NCBI RefSeq assembly: GCF_003704095.1
Contig: NW_020843716.1
Span: forward strand, 186,001 to 250,000
DNA length: 64,000 nucleotides
Direction: 5' to 3'
Source: Pocillopora damicornis
Taxonomy: Eukaryota
The notes beneath the pieces were generated by a model. That model was given only the letters and a program-made list of their open reading frames with translations. It was not told the origin of the DNA and did no database searches. Made by a program: the position numbers and the translations under genes. This document shows, one piece after another, positions 14,901-29,300 of the stretch. Every line of letters begins with the position of its first letter. The stretch's first letter is position 1.

Positions 14901-15277
14901 GTTCTCTATTGCTACTTCGTACAGACCATTATTTATGATTTGTCTATTTTCATCTAACTTTCGAAATGATTTGTGATATGTAAATGTAGGAATTTTTGTT
15001 CGTTCAAGATTTCGCTATGTATAGTGCTGAGTTTCCTAAAAATAAAGTACTACCCAGTACTGAAATTATCACGATATATCTTGTTCGCAACCAGAGTTGT
15101 TCGAGCTCTCCAAATTTCCGGATTTTCTCCGTCCTAGGCAAGTGATAAAGCGTAACTAATCTGTTTTAAATATAATTCAAAAAGTCTGTCTCCATAGAGT
15201 CACTGAGAAACACCATGAACAACCTGTGTGCATTGCTTGAATACTTCACACAGTAGTTTTCTTTGCATCTGATGATA

Positions 15278-16090
15278 CAATGGAACCCCTCTAAATCGGA
15301 CACCCTTGGGACTGGAGGAAATGTCCGGTTTAGAGGGGTGTCTGGTGAACTGAGGTTTTACCCATAAGGCAATTTTATGCCGCATATTGTATTGTCTGAC
15401 TGTAAGTACCAGCACACGGTACACGAGTACTAAAATAAATCACGCAAAGGAACAAACAACATGGATCACAAGGAAGCTTTTCAACGTCATTTTATTTAAT
15501 TTACGAAAAAATTCAGTGTACACAAGGGTAATATGATTGCCACTTTTAAATCATGTAAACATGGAATGTTCTTTCCCAGTCCCCGGTGTTTTCTTCTGTA
15601 GGCAGTTCAATGTGAACGTTTTGCAAAATCGACTGATCAACTCTCAACTGTTGAGCAAGAAGCGACAGCGGAGTGTCGTCTTCATCTTCGTAGTCATCTA
15701 CTTGCTTAGTCATTTACTTGCTCGTCAGTCACAGGAAAGCCAGTGGTTTTGAAACATTTTGTAAGTGTCAATGATGCTGTCTCAGACCATGCCTTGGCTA
15801 TCCAGTTGATAGCGTCAAGTAAGGTTATTTCTTTACAGAGTTCAGAACGCTTTCAGCCCTTTCGATCTTGCTTAAAAGCGGTCGTAGTAGATGTTTCTTG
15901 TATCGTGCATTGAAGGCACAGATAATCCCTCCATCACGTGGCTGTAAATGCAGACGTTCCATAGTCGTTTCCTTTTCGCTGAAATGGCTCACGATTTGAT
16001 TTTGAAATACCGCGAATGGAAACAATATTTCCTCGGAGATTGAATGCCATCAGTTCTTTGTGCTGTTGGAAGGAGCAATACTGACTCAAA
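15278..16090 (-). mobile_element. Decayed pogo/Tigger (DDE_1) DNA transposon, 3' portion plus TIR
   Basis: The minus strand reads LQPRDGGIICAFNARYKKHLLRPLL...ITLLDAINWIAKAWSET...TKCFKTTGF across a frameshift, the typical C-terminal part of pogo-type transposases (LQPLD.GII..FK..Y...LLDAI....AW). A TA + caatggaacccctctaaatcggacacc terminus lies at 15276-15304. Confidence 0.8.
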
Positions 16091-16673
16091 AATACAGTTA
16101 ATCCATGTTTTATCCGTCATCTGATATGACCTAATGAACTGTGCGTTCCATTAATCAGGTGGGTTTTACTAGCGTTTTAGGCTAAACTCTAGAGTTTTAT
16201 TGATTGACGGCGTTTCCGGATACATTTGGTATTTTGTTTATGAAATGTTTGTCTATCAGTCGTATTCAAGAAACAATGAGTAGAAATATGATGAAAAAAG
16301 ATTAAAATGACCTTTTTTTCGAAAAAAACTTAGCCTTTAAGTCCATCAACAACTTTACAAACTTTAAAATTCCTAGGACTCAAAAAAAACCAAGTTGACT
16401 GAAATTGACGTACGGTATTTATACGGATCAGAGGTGAGAAAAACTACTAAAAATATTGAGGTGAATTAATATTAAAATGATGACTGGTCTAATTTTTTTC
16501 TTCTTTTATGTGAAACTTGCGTCCAGCAATGACAAAAAATATTCAGCACGTTATTGTGTTAAACATTAATTGCAGGCAACTCGCCAAAAGGACGAGGGTT
16601 CGATTCATGACTAGGTCTTCCACGAGACTGTCATCTGACTCATTCTTTCCTTCCACTTTGATTTCTAAACGCT

Positions 16674-17705
16674 TCATTTACAGAAGTTCTTTTTACAGAT
16701 TTTACTAAGCTCACGCGAAAAATTTCGAAGGAAAATTAGGCAAATACATGGATTAACTGCACAATATGAAGAGGCTAATATCCGCGAGATATATCGCATG
16801 ACTTTCTGTATCTTACTACACTCGGGAACCGGTCTTAGTGAAAAGAGGTCAAGGAAAGAAAAAACAACATAAGGAGTCCAACATATAAAAAGTGCCGTTA
16901 CAGTAACGGCGGCCATTCGGTGCAATTTTTTGATACGTTCTCGGTTTCGTCTTTTTCCCTTTTCGGTACGACTTTCAGCCAGTTTATCCTTGCGTGAGCC
17001 GCATACTACAATAGCCGATAGAACAGAGATTGTAAATAGTGGTATTAACAGTACTGTGGTGAATAAAAAAATATTGTAGCGAAGGTGCGCCGATTCGTCT
17101 TCAAAAGCTGGCTCCCAGGTAGGAATGCACAATTGGATCTTGCTGCCGTTGGAGTGGAACGGAATTAGGCGCATGATGTAAAAGTACGGTGCATGAATTG
17201 CTGCAGACGTGATCCACGTAGAAATGATTGCTCTCCAGCGTACATTGAGCGTGATTTTCTTATAGAGCATGGGATAAACAATCGCTAAGAGACGCTCAAC
17301 GAAGATTACGACCAGAGTCTGTGTCGATACCGCCAATGACATGTCACTAAGAAAAGTACACATCTTGCACAGAAATACGCCTCCACTTCCATGAACGAGA
17401 AAAGCGCTGGACCTGATGATTTCTCTTGTTATCACGCGTGGAATTAGAAAGATTGCCATTAACAAGTCAGACGCAGCCATGTTGACAATAAGAAGCATCA
17501 TAGAATCCTTCGCGCTTAAAAACGCAGTGATGAGGAAGGTGTTTCCAAGCAAGGCAACCAGCAGAGTGAGAACATGTATCACTATTGTAACTTGCTCTGG
17601 ACCTACAGGAGCTTCATCATCGGCACAAAGATTTTCTAAAAAGGTGTCGTTGCGGCTCGCATTTTGACTGTTTTCCAGACGATCTGCAGAGACGTTTGTA
17701 TTCAT
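16674..17705 (-). CDS. Orphan class A GPCR, 343 aa
   Basis: 7TM; GN, NMAASDL, ERL, CWTP, NPCIC; clear paralog of the other cluster members. Confidence 0.95.
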   Translation of the reverse strand: MNTNVSADRLENSQNASRNDTFLENLCADDEAPVGPEQVTIVIHVLTLLVALLGNTFLITAFLSAKDSMMLLIVNMAASDLLMAIFLIPRVITREIIRSSAFLVHGSGGVFLCKMCTFLSDMSLAVSTQTLVVIFVERLLAIVYPMLYKKITLNVRWRAIISTWITSAAIHAPYFYIMRLIPFHSNGSKIQLCIPTWEPAFEDESAHLRYNIFLFTTVLLIPLFTISVLSAIVVCGSRKDKLAESRTEKGKRRNRERIKKLHRMAAVTVTALFICWTPYVVFSFLDLFSLRPVPECSKIQKVMRYISRILASSYCAVNPCICLIFLRNFSRELSKICKKNFCK

Positions 17706-20700
17706 TTTGGCGGAATTCGCTGTAACTTACAGTTGATCGACCTTAAAATGAATCACGCTTAGGGTTATGGTCCATTTATATATTGTTGTACTGCATGAAT
17801 TTAAAACAGTTGTGCTATTCCTAGCGGCTACAGCGACGTTAGGTGCCAATAAATCGGACCAATTTGGCATCCCTTGAGATAAGCCAAATTCATTAGTCTT
17901 TGTACGCGTGACCTTTACCCACTATTAACAGGAAACGATATGGTGATCTAAAGAGAGCTGATAGATAACTCAATATTGCACAGTATACAAAACATTATAA
18001 ATAAAAAAGATCTTGAATCTATCATAAAACTCCTTAGTAATATTATTTATAGAAAATCATTTAAGATTATTCTTTTTCGGAAGTTGTTATCTCTATGGCG
18101 AGACATTACAAACCTCTTTCTTAACAGCCCTCATATAAAAGTGTATCATGGGTAGTGATGCATGTTCGTTCGTCTGGTGGGGTATATCCGTTTATAAATA
18201 GCTGAAAACCCATATGATTTGAACAAGTGCCAGTGTGTCTTTCCACACTGCCGAAGCATCCAACAGGTGCACGTTCAAAGCAAATTGGCTCCTAAAACAT
18301 GTACAGGTTAAAGTCGATATGAATTCTGAAGAACCGAGCCTCACGTAAGCGGTCTGAAGTGAAAGCCAAAATCTCGAAACATGTTGTCAAATTCGTTCGA
18401 CAAATACATCATAATGCGAAATGAAATGAATGAATACGCGAAGGAATCGATGATAAATAACGTATGGTTCTGACAAATATTTCTGTCAGATAGCAGCGAG
18501 TAAAGTTAATTTAATTAGGGAAAATGAAATGTCAAAGTACAAAGAACAAAACGAACCAAAACGAAAACAATAAAAAAGCAAGCCTGGTAAGTACGGCGGA
18601 GGGAAGAGTTCTTGTCATGAATTTGAGGCTTATGCATGAATAGCATGACTAAACACTCCAAGGATAATCGTACATTATCAATGAACGAAATTGGCACGGT
18701 ATGGAGGGCTAAAATTTCGTTACTGTTTTTCAGAAATTTCTAAACATCATTCGTAGCACAAAGAACATCAACGGTACCGAACGACTTTAATATATGGAAC
18801 AAAGTGCATATCGTTATCAGTTGATATACGGAGCAGCACGTGAATGTTATCCTAGATAATCTACGGCAGAGCATGTTTTGCACAATTACAAAAGACAAAC
18901 ACCGCCGGAAAGGCTAATTTTGCACTGTCAGACATGTTGTAAAATACGGTTCCTCTATTTTCGAAGACACCATACAACCTACAGCCCATGTTTTTCAATA
19001 AAATGGTAATCAGCCTCAACAATAACATGCAACAGTTACTTGGGTCGGATGTATAGATGTGAGCATAAGACCGGTGGTTATGATCTGGACTCTACATTCG
19101 CTACGTGAAGAATGACTGAGTAATATAAGGCTCGAAAAAGAAATTGATTTCTCTAATAAATTCATTTAATGTTGCGGAACATGTGCGCTGTGTATTGGTC
19201 AGTTACCACACGCTTCCCTCATAAACCGGTGAAGCGAGTTTGTTATTTTCCTCTGTCTCAATGGTTAAACAAATGAAAAGTTGTTGGCTCTTGCTGTAAG
19301 AAGCTATTCACCTTCTCGAGACCCAATATCGCGTTATCTTCTTGAAGCATTTGTACAGCCAACAGCCCTCCATTCCCTTCACTCATCGACCTTATCCCCT
19401 GAACAGTTCCTAGAAGAGTAGTTGGACCGTGTGTACAGCAGTACAAAGTCGAAACGCCCAGTTCCACATCGGATGTAACTACAACGGGAGACAAACGAAC
19501 AAGAATGCTTCACTATAAATTTGTCAACTACCAAAAAACATTTTTCCATGGTTGGCTGGTTTGTCCATCTTTTAATACTGTGAATAAATCATAATTGCTT
19601 TTCTATATATTTTAAAATATATTTCAAATGTTTAAAGGATTCGCTCGATTTCTTACTTCGTTTATGTTTCCACCAATAATTTTCCGACCGAGACTGCTAT
19701 GTTTGACTACACAAACAGCCATAGATAAAATGCTACTTCCAATTATAAATATGGCTCCAAAGTATACTTATCAAATAGATTTATGCGAATAAATAATACT
19801 TAAACTTCAAAGTGAGCTAAAGCTTTTGAGAAAATAGACAGGATTTCTCTATTGAGACACAATAACTGGGCTAAAGAATTATAAATAACACCTGTCCATG
19901 CCAGAGCTTTACTGAATCAATTTGTGAAACCTTTAAATTTTTAAAATCAATCTTTGCCCTCTGTTCGTAAAAAATATCTTATGATGTAGGCTCTTCCCTG
20001 AGGGAAGGAATTTAGTGTTTAATTAAAAGAATATATGACAGGTTATTTTTTCAAGGTCCTAAGCGGTTTTTTACTGGACAATGTATTGATATTGTGGGGA
20101 GACATTAAATTGCAAGAGGTCTGATAGCTCGTGCGGTTCACTTGTGGAAAGAAAAAGGAAAACCCTGTTAAAAAAAGAGCATGATTGATTAAAGATTTTG
20201 TCGATATTTTAATAAAATTGTCGGAAGGGGAAGACATTTAATCATAGTTTAAAGTTAAACTTTGAGTATTCACCTTTTGACTCAAAATCATTTTGTGTCT
20301 CATTTGTGGCTAGTGACATCTGAAACACGGAAACATTTACATTAAAACAACGAAATGTTGGTATGGCCTAACAAATAGGCAGTGAAGTCTTTTTTGTTGC
20401 CGTCATAAACGGCGCTGCCTGAGGTAAGGTGTTTTAATTTTACGTAAAGAGGTCGCGTGTTAAGTTTCTTACGGCCATGTTAAGGTTCTTCAAAAATGAC
20501 TTGATTTTTTGTGCCCTAGTTTCTGCCAAAAAGATTTCTTGTAGGGTCAACGATGCATAATCAATCACTCTGAAGCTCGTTGCAGCTCGAAAATCTCTGT
20601 TGTTATAAACGTGAACCAATGAGATTGTTCATGTGTTGGGTCTTTGAGCGTGGGTGGATTTATACAATTACGTTGTGAAGCACGTACAAAACTGAAAACT

Positions 20701-22074
20701 CTAAACTCCCCAAGTGAATGTTATTCAAAACTAATTAAACCTTTTAACACCAACGTTACATTTCCAAAACGCCTCACCACATTTGCGAATTATACCACTC
20801 CTTGCCTTCTATTTTTAATATGGAGTGCTGAGGGAAATGATTTTGCGATAAACACGCGCAAATGAAACGGTTGTTACCAGAATTGCTGTGAGGTGGGATC
20901 AGATTAATGCCATTCCAGCATAATTTTTTCGGCTGGTCCAACGTAAATATCATTAACTTATCCACTAAGTTAGTTCGGGTCGGACGGGAGTTCCATGGCA
21001 TGAGGTTGTGATGTACAATTCGAGCGCAGCGGATCTTACCAATGAACGAACGCCCTCTAGTTTCCCATCAGGCCGAGCTAACTTACCCAATAAGCATTAT
21101 AAAATTTGGGAAAGGTGTGCTCTTTTTCTTTCTTACTGCTTCACGGATAATGCTAACGCGACATTTGCTAGTGCAGACGCTGAACATATGAATTATTGCC
21201 GTATAATCATGATCCGACTTAATCATGAGTATATTCATTGTTATCAGCCAACAACCTGACCTTAAATTTGTCAAAAAAAGAGTCGATGTTAATTGTATCG
21301 AGGCCAAAGTTCTGGACATTTTCAGAATGCGGAACGAATGAAATTTGCTAAATCCCTCGGGGATTACATAGACCAATTCCTGGATTAGGATTGTCATGTC
21401 GAAAATGTTTAAAAGAGGTGTACATGGTGCAATAAAGCGAATATGACATCGTATTCGATTCAATGCTATAATCCTCACTTTCAAAATGCTAAATTGTTGG
21501 GGAAACTTTAACAAAGCATTAGCTGAATAGCTTTAAAATTCCAAAATTGCCCAGCGCTTGTCGATGTGGGCTACCTGTGGAGGCAATTTCAACGATTTTT
21601 TCAAAGCACTAGGATGGCGGAAACTCTCTCATCAAAGATTAAAAAAATAAAGCTATCGTGATGTATTAGACCTTTAAAGGGATGACAACAGAATATTTAG
21701 ATCAAGAATGTCTTTTTTTGTGACGAACCTGAACGCTGTATTGTTTTTAGGAACACAGAGAACAAACTAGCTTTTCCTCAAACGCGCACTGATTACCTAA
21801 AGATAAGTTGTTGGTACTGTGGAGTCCTCTTGAAGAACAACATACCACCAGAAAAACGGAAAGCGGTTTCTTTACACGATTTGAGACAAAATTTAGTTGC
21901 AACAGCTCGTAGTATATAATACTCTAAGTACAAACGACTGTGAATATATAAAAGTCATATATTTGAACCGTGAGGAATACAGCCTTCCAAAAAAGCAGCC
22001 TCTATTGGTTAAATTGTGTAGGTAGCTAGTCGATTATAATTCTATAGGGCTGAAAGAAATATGAAAGAAATATT

Positions 22075-25000
22075 GAGTAGAGGTATCTTATCTCTAATCT
22101 AATTTTTTTTCTTCTTGCATTTCATTTCGTGCGGGAAAGTGTGGTTTTTTAAAGCCTTTTATGCGCCATTTTGAGCGGCCCTTCAAAGAGGAGACTTCAG
22201 CAGTGGTAAATCTTCGCTACAGTCTGGCAAACAAGTTAATCAAAACAAATTCGTGACAAATTTAAGTCGATTAAGTTTGCTTAAAGGAGCATTTGCATCG
22301 ATCAATTGATAAATAAACTGTGATTGTAATATTTGCCAGAAGGAGCCCATCATACAAACGCCCTAATGTCGTTTCCCGTAAACTTCCTCACCATCCTTGG
22401 TTTTGTCCCCTTTTTTTTTTTTTCTTCCGTTTAGCGCTTGGGTAACTTGATCTTAAATTTATGGCAAAAATTAAAAATGGAATGAAAATAATATTAAAAG
22501 AATGATCAAAGACGTTGCCGCGGTTTAAATGAAATTTGTAATTGGCAGAATCCGGAGACACTTAATCTTGGTAGTTGCATGGTTTTTGAATGTTCATTGT
22601 TTGATTCCAACTTTGTGTCGATCGCATTTGCAGTCAATGGCAGCTAAAATAAGGCGATTTTTTTTTATCTATCTGGCCTACGAAATAGTAAAGGCGGTGC
22701 AGATTGTCAATGTAAATTAATCTTATTCGCTTCTCCCACAACTCTGTAAGACATTTATCAAGCTGCATAATAAAAATCCTCCGCACTCGAGCCAATCGTA
22801 TAAGTAAATGGAGATCTCTAAAGATCTGTCAACGATTTATCATGAACAGATTTAAATACATACATCCACGAATATGGATGTATGATTTTTTTTAATTTGA
22901 TTTCCTACCCTAAAAAAATCACCTGTACCGACAAATGCGAGTTCGTGACATTAACCATTTGTTTCTCGTTTGAAGATCGCACATTTAATACTCGTTAAGA
23001 AATTAACGATCGTCTCTAGTACGAGAGCGAACCAACCGGATTACTTATTGTGCAAGGTCGTTAAGTATGGATCTACCCAAATAAATATAAATTGTCCGTG
23101 AAAATGAAGGCTTCGAACTTCTAGGTTGTTTTGTCATTCAAAGCAAATTAAGTTTTAAATACAAACTTGGCATTTTAATAAAACGCCAAACACGTTTATG
23201 AAGCATAACACTTCCTGCCAAGTGTGTGCTGAGGCAAATGATTTAGTTTCACTTTTTCCTCTTGAGAGTAGTTTATTCCGACGGTCACGACTTTCTAGCA
23301 TTTTAAACTCTCGCTTTCGTTGGCTTAGTAGCTACATAAACACGAGTGGCTTTGAAGTTGTTACCAAAAGTACCTTTTGCGTATTCAGTATGGACCGAGA
23401 GGAGGTTTATAAAAAATTCCCAAAAGAACGACGCTCATATCCAATCATCTTAACCGGACAAGCTTCGTCAATAAATTATTTTTTTATATGTAATTTGATT
23501 TCGCTTTTTCAAGAACCAAGAATGACTTGTTATTTATTTTTAATTTATTTTATTTTATTTTGGAGAGCGGTTACAGAAAGCCACCTGTGTCTCTAGCAAA
23601 ACCCCCCCTCCTGCTTTTTTCGACTCCATCGCCGATACTGCCTCAAAATTACTAACTTTGTAAGTCTTCTCCATGCAACGTTCTTCTTGCGTGGGATCTA
23701 AGCGGACAATCCCGAACGGGCAAGCTGTGCCCATCTTGCTAGCTCGGATAGCCAATCAGAGTACAGGATTCCCCTTCGCGTTTCCCAAGGGCGCTGCCAG
23801 CGAAATGATAACATGCTCTTATTACTTGGTAGGAGGGGCGGACGGGTAACCATTTGCCTCCTGCAGGTTATGAATACGGTCTAAGCGCAGCGAGCTTCCA
23901 ATTCACGACTAGGAGACATATTTCAGTAAATAGTTAATGTGCATTTTAGCATATGACGGCCAAATTTTGTCTATTGGACTTCTTTAGTGAAAGATGGGCT
24001 CTCTTGGTTTTGCTCATTAGCGGTTCGCACTGAGGTAAGCTTTACTTCGACTATAAAATCCTTATCGCCAGAAGAGTCCGCGAATCGATATTCGCTACTG
24101 AAACGTGACATTTTTGGGGCGGGGGAATATTAGCCTTTAATAAGAGAAAATTCATGGGCAAGATTGATACTGAAATCGAATTTTTTCGAATTCACAAGCA
24201 TCCTCCTATCCAGTTATGATCACACCTTTTTGTAGATTATTTCAAAGCTATGTTTGGCACGAACAATTTGAATATCATTTTGTAAGGTTGCTTTTTACAA
24301 CACCATATTTTAAGTAATTGGTCAAACATATCGCCAGATGCGAAACCAGTTTTCGTTTTCTACTTGAATATAAGCAGCTCTCATCTTGCTCCTCGTTCAA
24401 TATTTACGTTGCATCACCATACTGTCTGTCCCTTTTTTTCTTTTTTTTATATTTTGTTAATTTGGATCCCGAATTCGGTTCGAATGTTTAAAAGCTGCCG
24501 CTTTACCACATTTTTGTTGTATGCAAATGAGTTATGGATCTCATCACAACTCACATGACTCATGTATAAACATAACTTTTTTTCTTTTCAAATCATCAGC
24601 CGGGCCATATCTCGTTATGATTACACCTTTATTAAGAAGCTACGTCCGGCATGAATCACCTGAACTTCGGTTCGGTTTTGCAAATTGTGTAAAGCTGAAT
24701 TTTAGGACGCCATAATGTTTGTAAATGAGCCAAAAAATACTACAGATGCGAATCCAATTTCCCCCTTCTATTAGTAAACAAGCACTACACATCTCGCCTC
24801 TTATTCGGTAGATAAGCTCAGTCTTAAGATCAGTCCGTGTTTGAACAAGCTTTCGTAATCTTTTATCCCACGAACTCGTTTCGGTTCTGTGGGTCCTTTT
24901 CGTGCAATTGTTCACGTTCAAATCAGTGCGTCATGATGGTATATATTCGCTATCATCTCAGGCGTGTTTTTTTAATTGAAGTATGAGAGGCTAGAAACAA

Positions 25001-25260
25001 ACCTTGATAGAGGTTTGCATTGCGCGGGCTTTAACTAAAAAATTAAGAAAAGATTTTCAAGTCAAAAATGTGTTGTTGGCTTTTTTTTACATATCCTCTG
25101 CTTCCAACTGGCGGAAATATTTTATCTACATTACTGAATTCCCGAATACAAAGATTTCGTTTGTGCGTCAACTTTAAAAAAGCAATAGCGAGGCATGCTG
25201 GCTTAACATATATTTAGAATAATACATGGGCGCGCGCAGATATGGAATTTCTCTTTGGGT
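22075..25260. repeat. Segmental duplication copy A (non-coding)
   Basis: Collinear similarity to 26.36-30.69 kb, e.g. gcatcgatcaattgataaataaact (22296/26595), ggctctcttggt...cattagcggt...ctgaggtaag (24.0/29.6 kb), agtccgcgaatcgatattc (24075/29676). Confidence 0.85.
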
Positions 25261-25439
25261 TGCACGAGAGAAGAAATTCATCACAGATTAAGACGGTTAA
25301 CAGGAAACAACACTCATCGCGTTTGATCTCAAATAGCACAAAAGACTAAGTTTGCTTCCAATCACGATTAAGACAGAGTCTTTTTATAGCGGTACTATTT
25401 GCATGCGTGGCGAAGAGTTGTTACAAGAAGTGCTGGGAG

Positions 25440-26362
25440 GTAGGATCAGTTTAGTACCAATCCAGGCCAATTTTTTTGAGCATGGTTAACGTGGCTTTAC
25501 AAGCCCTGATGCTGAAGTTGTAGATATAAAAGATTGCCTTAATCATGATTTGAGTAAAGTGTACACACTCAGGCTTTTCTTTGCCAACAGGGTTATCTTG
25601 AATTTGGCAAAAGTTTATTTCATGTTTATTGTATCAAGGCAGAAATGCTCGACAGTTTCAGAACGCAGAACAATTAACACCAGCTTTATCTCTCGGGGTT
25701 ACAAGGACCATTTTCTAAATTGAACTTGGTGCAAGAAGACGACATTATATTCCACTGAATGTAATAATCCCAGAATGTAACAATCTTATTCACCCTAATT
25801 TTGGTCATTGTAATATTGTGTGGGGAAACTGTAATAAAGGCTTATCCGAAAAGCTTCAAATGCTTCCAAATTGCACAGCGCACCTTTTAATGCATGCTAT
25901 CTATGATGATAATTTGATAATAACGTTCCCTAACTAGGGTACCGGAAACCGGCTCATTAAAGATTAAAAAAGAAAGCCATCATGCCGTAAAAGACCCTAT
26001 CCGGGAATGCACCAGAATATTCAAGACAGAGATTGTTTTTTTTCCTTTTTGCGACAGCCTGAATCTTTTATCGTCTAAAGGGAAACGGAGAACAAACCAG
26101 CTCTTTTTAAACTGTACAATGATTTCCTAAAGAGGTTTTTCATACAGTGGAGTCTAATTGTGGAACAAATTGCCGCCAGAAAAGGCAACTTCTGTACACT
26201 ATTTCAAGCCAAATTGAGCCGCCACAGTTTTAAATGTAATATTTTAACACAGCCTATAAGATTAATTCTGTTAATCTCATTTTCTTGTAATTGTATTTGG
26301 GTGGTAGATAGTTACAAGATTAGAATTCTATACGGTCGTACAAAGTGCCGTGTATGAATAAA
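25440..26362 (+). mobile_element. Highly decayed 3' end of a CR1/L2-type LINE
   Basis: Remnant translation around 25790-25870 resembles HP.F.YC.IVWGNCNKGLSEKLQ (post-RT region); ends at aataaa near 26357. Confidence 0.7.
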
Positions 26363-29300
26363 GGTATCTTATCGCTCATCTTCATTTCCTTTTGCATTTC
26401 GCTTCCAGCGGGGAAGTGTGGCTTTTTACTAGCCTTGTTATGCCATCATGTGCGGCCCTAATACAGGGAACTACGTGAAGAATCTTTAAGAAGGGTAAAT
26501 TTTCGTCATGTTATATTTGTTAAAAAAAAAAAAAATGAAAAATGAAAAATTCGTGACAAATTTAAGCAGGCCAAGTTTGCTTAAAGGAAAATTTGCATCG
26601 ATCAATTGATAAATAAACTTCGATTACAACATTTGTTAGCGGGAGCCCATAAAAGTTTAACTTTATGACAAATTACTAAGAAATACAAGAAATAAAAAAA
26701 ATTGCCTGTAGTTGTTGCCGCGGTTATGGTGAAATTTGTCATTGGATGAGGTCGGAGACATCTAATCATGCTAAGCATTCGGACTTTGAATCTTCACCAT
26801 TCGATTCCAATTTGAGTCGCCTTTGTAGGCAAAGACAACTAAAACACGGCATTTTTCATAGCAGGAAAACGAAATATTAACGGCGGCGCGGCTTGTCAAA
26901 ATGATTGCTACCAAGGTGCCTGGTTTGTTGGAGTCAATAGCGGCGCTGACCGAGATAAACAAGCTTTGCTTTCTTGTTTACACTTCTCGTGCCTTATCTC
27001 TTTCGGTAAGGAAAATAACTCGTTTCCACCGAAGCCAATTGACGTTTATTGGCGATCATAGTGATCACATTTAAACATTTATGAAAGTACTGCTTTCACT
27101 TATATTTTGATTTCCTATCCTGAAAAATACTTTATTCAAACGCATATTGCTCTCTTTCTTATCTTGAGACAGATGCACCAGCAAATGTAAGTTTACGACA
27201 GCTACCTTTTGTCTCTCGTTTCAGGATCGAGCAGTTAACCCTCGTTGAGGAGCTAATGATTGACCTTAGAACGAGAGTGAACCAATCAGATTGTTCATTG
27301 TAAAAGGTCGTTAAGATTGGATTTACCCTATCAAGGTTTTAAATATACATGAACTTCCCGAATAATCTTATGCGCGAACTTGACATTCTGAAAAACGCCC
27401 AAACTCATTTGCAAGGCATAACACTTCCTGCCTTCTATTCAGTATGCCGAGGGAAATAATTTAGTTAATTTTTTTTTAGAGGGCACGGCAACGAATCCTG
27501 CAATCTGATTGGTTCTTTACCCGGTCAGTATTTTCCTATCTCTGCCCACGGGCCACGGTAACGCTTTCGTGGATCGCCGAGTACACCCCAAATTTCGTTG
27601 CCATTTTTCATAAGTATATCTCGTTTTTCCGGCTGGGCAGTATTTTAAAGCAAACACGTCGATCACTACCTCAAGCCGATAAATAACTTATGAATCCTCT
27701 CTTTTCTCTCTCTCAAATCACTTTGGTTGAAAGAAAAATATTGGTTTCAGAATGAATTTGCTTTAGCAATAGTGTCATTACGTTGGTTGACAACAAGCAG
27801 CCTAAAAACCGTCTGTAATTAATTTTAATCGGTCACAAAAAGTACCCAGAAAGTTAAAACGTGAGGTATTTGGTTACAGTTAAACTGAACGATGGAACTT
27901 TCATTCATTAAATATCTGAATTTTCTCAAACAATTTGTTCATAGTCAAAGAGCGAGTGAAGTTTTAAATTCAGTCCTACAACAAATATACGCTCTCAGTG
28001 GGTCTTTCCGAGTCCGTTCAATTTGGACATTTGTACCGTAAATTACACAACAGAAACTGAAGGAATTTATTGAGAAAAGGCCGCGTTAAATCCCCTCGTG
28101 TCTCGTTGGAGTGTGCCATTCGAATTACGTTTTTGTGGAGGAAAGACCAGATTTACACACACCATAGCAGCAAACAAACGAGCAAACTCTCACAACTTCA
28201 AAATAAAAAATTTGAATTCACTCACAATCACTTTCCTCGCCGTTTACTCAATGAATAGAGGTAAATCTTCGTACATGAATGAATCGTCGATGAGAGTGAA
28301 TAATACTTTCCGTTAGATCATTGAATGTTTTTGAAGAAAACATTGTCGTGACAGTCCTTGCCAAACTAGTTCCGTTGTTTTTCAAATGTTATTGCGCTTT
28401 TTTTTTTCTTGCGCGCTCTCTAATTAACAGATGTCAGATTGTGACAGATACTTGTAAAAATAATGTTTCAAAGTTTGTTTGGAAGCCTTTTAAATCGCCT
28501 TTATCCTTACGCAAATGAAAATGTCTCGCTGAGGCATCTCTTTTTTAATTTGCATCACCTCTATTTAACTACCATTTACTCGCTCAAAAATTGTTCAGTT
28601 TATAGAAGATCTTGCCGTATTTACAGCCCTAAATCATTCGGGTTCTTTCGGAAAGAATTTCGTCAAGTTTAAAAAAAATAAATATGTTATTTACCGGCTA
28701 AGGGTCGGTCCGTATGGTAAAAAACTGTGACCTCGGTCTTGAAAATGCTGCCCTCGGAAAATGCTTCGGCCTCGGTCAGTATTTTCAAGACCTCGCTCAC
28801 AGTTTTTCACCATACGGACCTCCCAGCCGGCAAATAACATATATTTCAGTTATTCCCCATGAGCTGAGGTTCTTCCGAACATTAAGACTCCATACGATTT
28901 CGAAAGTGCTTTCTTCCGCTAAATAGCTAGTTAAGAACTCATGGTAATGTAGTCGTTATTAGGATTGCTGCAGAGTGGGTGTAATGCAGATCCAAACGAG
29001 TTATTAACTTGGCCAACGTTAATCTCATGCATTTAGTTTACAAAAACACAGTCCGAGCGCAGCAAGCTCGCCACTCAAGAGCTATAAATAGTCTACCAAT
29101 ATGGCCGGATATAACTCAGTTAATAGCTAAAATCTACTTTGCCATATGCCAGCGGTACTCTCTCTTCCTTCCTTTCCTCTTGCTTTTCACGTCGTGCGAA
29201 GTGGGGTGCGCAAACGTTTGGCTTTTTACAGCACCTCTCACAGCTTTGTTTACAGTCCTCATGCAGGGATGTAAAAAAGGCAAATTTGAATTTTCATAAG

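Noticed and set aside
18700-19500. Slightly coding-looking stretch
   Set aside because: No sustained frame or recognisable motif could be assigned.
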